DNA of 64,000 nucleotides from an uncultured Alphaproteobacteria bacterium (lineage in GTDB: Bacteria > Pseudomonadota > Alphaproteobacteria > Micropepsales > Micropepsaceae), in contig CAVPTF010000014.1 of NCBI GenBank assembly GCA_963708555.1, positions 33,123 through 97,122 on the forward strand. The letters are read 5' to 3'. The position numbers were made by a program, and so were the translations under genes. The notes beneath the pieces are model-generated. The model was not told where the DNA came from, searched no databases, and worked only from the letters and a program-made list of their open reading frames with translations. Position 1 is the stretch's first letter. The number at the start of each line of letters is the position of its first letter. Below are positions 60,970-64,000 of the stretch, piece by piece.

Positions 60970-61938
60970 CTAACGTCCGAACGCGCGCGCGGGCTCGCCG
61001 AGCCGCGCGTTCACGAACGCATCGAACTCCGACCAGAAGCGCGCGCGGATCGAATCCTTCTCCATCAGGATCTCGTGCTCGGCGTCCTCGATCTCGACAT
61101 GGGTCGCGTTCGGCAAGCGCTTGACGAAATCGCGTGTCGCTGCGTTCGTGACGAGGCGATCGCGGCCCGCGCTGATGATGAGCAACGGCGTGCTGATGGC
61201 TTCCGCAAAGTCTGAGCGCGCCATCCGGTCCATCGATTGGAACGCCGCGCCGAGCCAGCCGAAGGTTGGGCCGTAGATGCGCAGGAACGGCTGCGCTTTC
61301 AGAAAATCGCGGTTGCGCTCGAAGCGCCCGCGGTCCGACGTCACGAGATTCTCCTCGAACGGAACCTTCAGCGGATCGCGATCTTCAACCGTGTAGATCA
61401 GCCGCGACGACGGCTGACGCAGATTGAGCAGGAAGGTGACCCACCTCGTGTACTCGAGGGAATACTTCTCCGTCTGCACGCCGAGCATCGGTGCGGTCAT
61501 CACCGCACCGGCAAACCGGCGCGGATGCTCGTGCAGGAACCTGAGCAGGATATGCGCGCCCATCGAATGGGCGAGCACGATCACCGGCAATTGCGGGAGG
61601 CCCGCTGCGGCTCTCTCCTTCTGCATCGCCTCGACCTGGATGGTGGCCGCCGCCATGTCGGAGTCGTATTCGTCGAAGCTCCGCACATGGCCGGCGCGGT
61701 TTCCGCTGCGGTGGCGCTCCGACGCGCCCTGACTGCGCCAGTCGATGCTCACGACGAGGAAGCCACGCGCGACAAGCTCGTCCGCGGTCTCGTCGTATTT
61801 CTCCAGGTACTCGGTCAGTCCCTGCAGCAAGAGGCAGATGCCGCGCGGCTCGACCCCTTCGGGCAGATCGCGGAAGCCCGCGCGCAATTGGCGCTTGTCC
61901 GGCGCGATCAGCGTCTTGACGCGAAAGCTTGTGGTCAC
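60970..61938 (-). CDS. alpha/beta hydrolase (lysophospholipase-like)
   Basis: ...ICLLLQGLTEYLEKYDETADELVARGFLVVSIDWRSQG...VIVLAHSMGAHILL contains a GxSxG-type motif. Also present: ...ISAGRDRLV...DAEHEIL. Confidence 0.75.
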   Translation of the reverse strand: MTTSFRVKTLIAPDKRQLRAGFRDLPEGVEPRGICLLLQGLTEYLEKYDETADELVARGFLVVSIDWRSQGASERHRSGNRAGHVRSFDEYDSDMAAATIQVEAMQKERAAAGLPQLPVIVLAHSMGAHILLRFLHEHPRRFAGAVMTAPMLGVQTEKYSLEYTRWVTFLLNLRQPSSRLIYTVEDRDPLKVPFEENLVTSDRGRFERNRDFLKAQPFLRIYGPTFGWLGAAFQSMDRMARSDFAEAISTPLLIISAGRDRLVTNAATRDFVKRLPNATHVEIEDAEHEILMEKDSIRARFWSEFDAFVNARLGEPARAFGR

Positions 61939-62138
61939 GGGCTCGATCAGTCCGGGAAGGATGACGAAGGCGAGAGGGGGATAAGACCACCTGGAGCGAT
62001 TGCCGACAACAGACCGCCAAGGCGCTGATCCCGTTTTGCGAAATCGGATCGCGGGCTAAGGCCAAAAAGTTCCCCACGAAACGACACAAAAAAACAGGGC
62101 TTGGAACGTCAGAAAGCCAAGATTGAGCGTTCTCATCC

Positions 62139-62585
62139 ATGCATAGGGGAATGTTAGGTACGATGTCCTCGATTGACTTTGACCATCGCCGTGAATGCCA
62201 GACCGGTCCCCGGATGGACGGCCTCGGTCTTAGCTTTCTCATCACCCATCTGGCGATCGGCGCGTATATCCTCTTGGGTTGGCTCGTTTCGCCTGCGCCC
62301 GCGCTCAGTCTCTATCTGTTGCTCCTGCCGGCCCTCGCCGCGCAATGGTATGTCAACCGCGGCAGCTGCGTGATGAACAATTTCGAATCCTGGCTCCGGA
62401 GCGGCCGCTGGCGCGACCCGAGCAATCCGGAAGAGGGCGGTTGGCTGCAGATGCTGTGCCAGTGGCTCTTCAGGGCGCGTCCCCATCCGGTCGTTCTCGA
62501 CCGGGTCTGCTACGCCGCGGTGCTGGTCCTGTGGCTCCTCGCGGCGTCCCGGTTCTCCTGGTTCGCGATGTCGGCCGGCGCGTAG
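62139..62585 (+). CDS. hypothetical membrane protein
   Basis: Three or four hydrophobic segments, e.g. GLSFLITHLAIGAYILLGWLV, LSLYLLLLPALAAQWYV and VCYAAVLVLWLLAA. The start is uncertain (62139 or 62214). It could be DUF2784-like, but I cannot confirm this. Confidence 0.45.
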   Translation: MHRGMLGTMSSIDFDHRRECQTGPRMDGLGLSFLITHLAIGAYILLGWLVSPAPALSLYLLLLPALAAQWYVNRGSCVMNNFESWLRSGRWRDPSNPEEGGWLQMLCQWLFRARPHPVVLDRVCYAAVLVLWLLAASRFSWFAMSAGA

Positions 62586-62609
62586 AGCGGAAACCGCGTT
62601 TTTCAAGTC

Positions 62610-62637
62610 CTTGAAGGTATGCGATGCGCCCCCAAAT
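62610..62637 (+). promoter_or_regulatory. sigma-32 (RpoH)-type promoter candidate
   Basis: CTTGAA (62610-62615), 13 nt, then CCCCCAAAT (62629-62637), compared with the E. coli sigma-32 consensus CTTGAA-N13-15-CCCCATNT. It lies about 85 nt upstream of the hsp20 ATG. Confidence 0.4.
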
Positions 62638-62640
62638 CCA

Positions 62641-62722
62641 GGGCGTCGGAAGGCCATTGTGGCTTCCGGCAGGCCCGGCAAATGGCGGGCATCCAACACT
62701 TCGCTCCAAGGAGGCTGTGACT
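62641..62722 (+). promoter_or_regulatory. ROSE-like RNA-thermometer candidate in the hsp20 5' UTR
   Basis: Hairpin CGGAAG(G)CC-AUUGU-GGCUUCCG with a bulged G (62647-62668), and hairpin GCCCG...CGGGC (62673-62690). These are followed by UUCGCUCCAAGGAGGC at the SD, which resembles the conserved ROSE UUGCUCCUUGGAGGA segment (U(U/C)GCU anti-SD). Confidence 0.4.
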
Positions 62723-63190
62723 ATGCGTACCTTCGATTTGACCCCCTTATTCCGTTCCACCGTCGGCTTCGACCGCTTTGCCGACATGCTCGATTCCCTC
62801 TCGCAGCTCGATAGCGGCGTGACCTATCCGCCCTACAACATCGAGCGCACCAGCGAGAACCACTACCGGATTTCGCTCGCGGTCGCCGGCTTTGCCGAGA
62901 AGGACCTCGTCGTCGAGGTCAAGGAAGGCGTGCTGTCCGTCGCGGGCAAGCGCGAGGGTGAGAAGGAAAGCGCCCAGCCGCGTTATCTCCACCAGGGGAT
63001 CGCCGGCCGCTCGTTCGAGCGCCGCTTCCAGCTCGCCGAGAACGTAGAGGTCAAGGGCGCCCAGCTCGAGAACGGGCTCCTGCACGTCGACCTCGAACGG
63101 ATCGTGCCCGAGGAGAAGAAGCCCCGCCGCATCACGATCGGCGCCAAGCCCGAAGGCAGGGTGATCGACGCCAAGGTGAAGGCGGCCTGA
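62723..63190 (+). CDS. Hsp20/alpha-crystallin family small heat-shock protein (IbpA-like)
   Basis: An AAGGAGG RBS precedes MRTFDLTPLFRSTVGFDRFADMLDS...YPPYNIERTSENHYRISLAVAGFAEKDLVVEVKEGVLSVAGKRE...ENGLLHVDLER. Confidence 0.9.
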   Translation: MRTFDLTPLFRSTVGFDRFADMLDSLSQLDSGVTYPPYNIERTSENHYRISLAVAGFAEKDLVVEVKEGVLSVAGKREGEKESAQPRYLHQGIAGRSFERRFQLAENVEVKGAQLENGLLHVDLERIVPEEKKPRRITIGAKPEGRVIDAKVKAA

Positions 63191-63210
63191 TCCTCGTTTC
63201 CCTGTTGAAG

Positions 63211-63245
63211 AAGCGCGCTCCGCGAAAGCGGGGCGCGCTTTTTTC
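63211..63245 (+). terminator. intrinsic terminator of hsp20
   Basis: AAGCGCGCUCCGC-GAAA-GCGGGGCGCGCUU followed by UUUUUUC, 20 nt after the stop codon. Confidence 0.8.
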
Positions 63246-63268
63246 TTGGCCGGTGCGGGGACGACTGG

Positions 63269-64000
63269 TCAGCTCGGTTTCGGCCAGACGAGGTCCGCGA
63301 TCGCCTTGCAGAACAGCCCGGCATCGCCCGTGAAGAAGGCGGCATCGAGATCGGCATTCTCGACGATCGCGCGGCAGCGCGACCGCCATTCGCGATCGTC
63401 GATCAGTTTCACCGCCGCCGCGACATAGTCGTCGATCGATTGCGCGACGAGCTCCCGCGGCAATCCAATGCGCGCGAAGAATGCGCCATCGGCATGCGAA
63501 TGCGGCTCGGGTCCGTCGAGGCACACGCCGGGCAAGCCCAACTGGAAGCAATCGAGGATGCTGTTCATGTTGCCGTAGGGAAACGGCGACAGGAACAGAT
63601 CGCATTCGTTGAGCCGCTCCATATACGCTTCATGGGGAAGCTCCGCGCTCACGCGCGCGCCCTTGATCCGCTCGGTGACCACGCGCGCGAGCTCCGCGTG
63701 CGCCAATCCGACTCCGCCCAACGGAAACACGTGCACTTCGGTCGGCGTCCGCGCGCGGGCCACGATGTCGGCCAAGGCATCGAACACTTTGGGATTGAGC
63801 TTCATCGTGGATGCGGGAAGCGCGATCCGGATCGTGCCGTCGGCATCGCGCGCGCGCCCTCGCATCGCGGCGGAGCTGCGCGGCGTCATCGGCATGGCGG
63901 CCTTAGGGAGCGCCAACACGCGTTCGGAGAACACCGCTTCGGACGCGACGAAATCTTCCGGCAGAACGAAATGGTCGATCGCATCGCTCATCGTCGTCGC
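63269..64000 (-). CDS. C-terminal part of a GT41/SPINDLY-like O-GlcNAc-transferase-type glycosyltransferase (partial; runs off the window)
   Basis: ...IDHFVLPEDFVASEAVFSERVLALPKAAMPM...ASTMKLNPKVFDALADIV...FPYGNMNSILDCFQLGLPGVCLDGPEPHSHADGAFFARIGLP.... The frame is still open at 64000 (ATTMSD...). Confidence 0.55.
   Translation of the reverse strand, partial: ATTMSDAIDHFVLPEDFVASEAVFSERVLALPKAAMPMTPRSSAAMRGRARDADGTIRIALPASTMKLNPKVFDALADIVARARTPTEVHVFPLGGVGLAHAELARVVTERIKGARVSAELPHEAYMERLNECDLFLSPFPYGNMNSILDCFQLGLPGVCLDGPEPHSHADGAFFARIGLPRELVAQSIDDYVAAAVKLIDDREWRSRCRAIVENADLDAAFFTGDAGLFCKAIADLVWPKPS

Noticed and set aside
62088-62125. An A7/T7 run with the adjacent CTTGG...CCAAG stem as a minus-strand terminator
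   Set aside because: The stem is only 5 bp with a 12-nt loop, and no upstream minus-strand gene or transcript can be inferred.
62103-62131. An EcfG-type general-stress promoter GGAAC...CGTT
   Set aside because: The spacer is 20 nt rather than the 16-17 nt of the consensus.

Overview
GC-rich (about two-thirds G+C by eye) chromosomal segment. Gene content points to an alphaproteobacterium of the Hyphomicrobiales/Rhizobiales type: RcdA, CpdR, TrcR/DUF1013, GapR/DUF2312, split pntAA-pntAB-pntB, a ROSE-like hsp20 leader and a PlcP-type lipid-remodelling pair. I support about 70 protein genes, one tRNA-Val(GAC), one candidate small RNA and a few regulatory sites. I saw no rRNA, CRISPR array, transposase or integrase. 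Housekeeping genes include rpmE, rpmJ, rpsU, purEK, def, pyk, typA, mmsA and pntAB. More accessory content is listed below.
- 1.9-6.6 kb: two tandem copies of a Tat-exported thiamine-diphosphate (TPP) enzyme, each followed by its own monohaem cytochrome c. This is my top candidate for an undescribed system, a periplasmic TPP-dependent dehydrogenase feeding cytochrome c.
- A nikR-NiCoT nickel operon with an E. coli-like NikR operator, and a separate dmeF-type efflux gene.
- An aldehyde dehydrogenase followed by a dihaem cytochrome c lipoprotein.
- An S8-protease autotransporter.
- A roughly 1000-aa modular GH27 alpha-galactosidase with Pro/Ala linkers encoded by 105-bp tandem repeats.
- An ATP-grasp / cytochrome c peroxidase / glycosyltransferase / TPR-GT9 cluster next to tRNA-Val.
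- A plcP-agt pair with a candidate Pho box.
- A minus-strand sRNA candidate at 55.83-55.93 kb with two anti-Shine-Dalgarno motifs, a gene type the ORF track cannot show.
Major caveat: about 22 genes, including essential ones, need one or more frame changes to be read through. My manual count is roughly 40 events. I interpret this as sequence or assembly indel error. Several long ORFs in the track are therefore chimeras, and some true coding frames are missing from it. Family assignments are by eye and from memory, without database searches. Frameshift positions are approximate, within about 10 nt.
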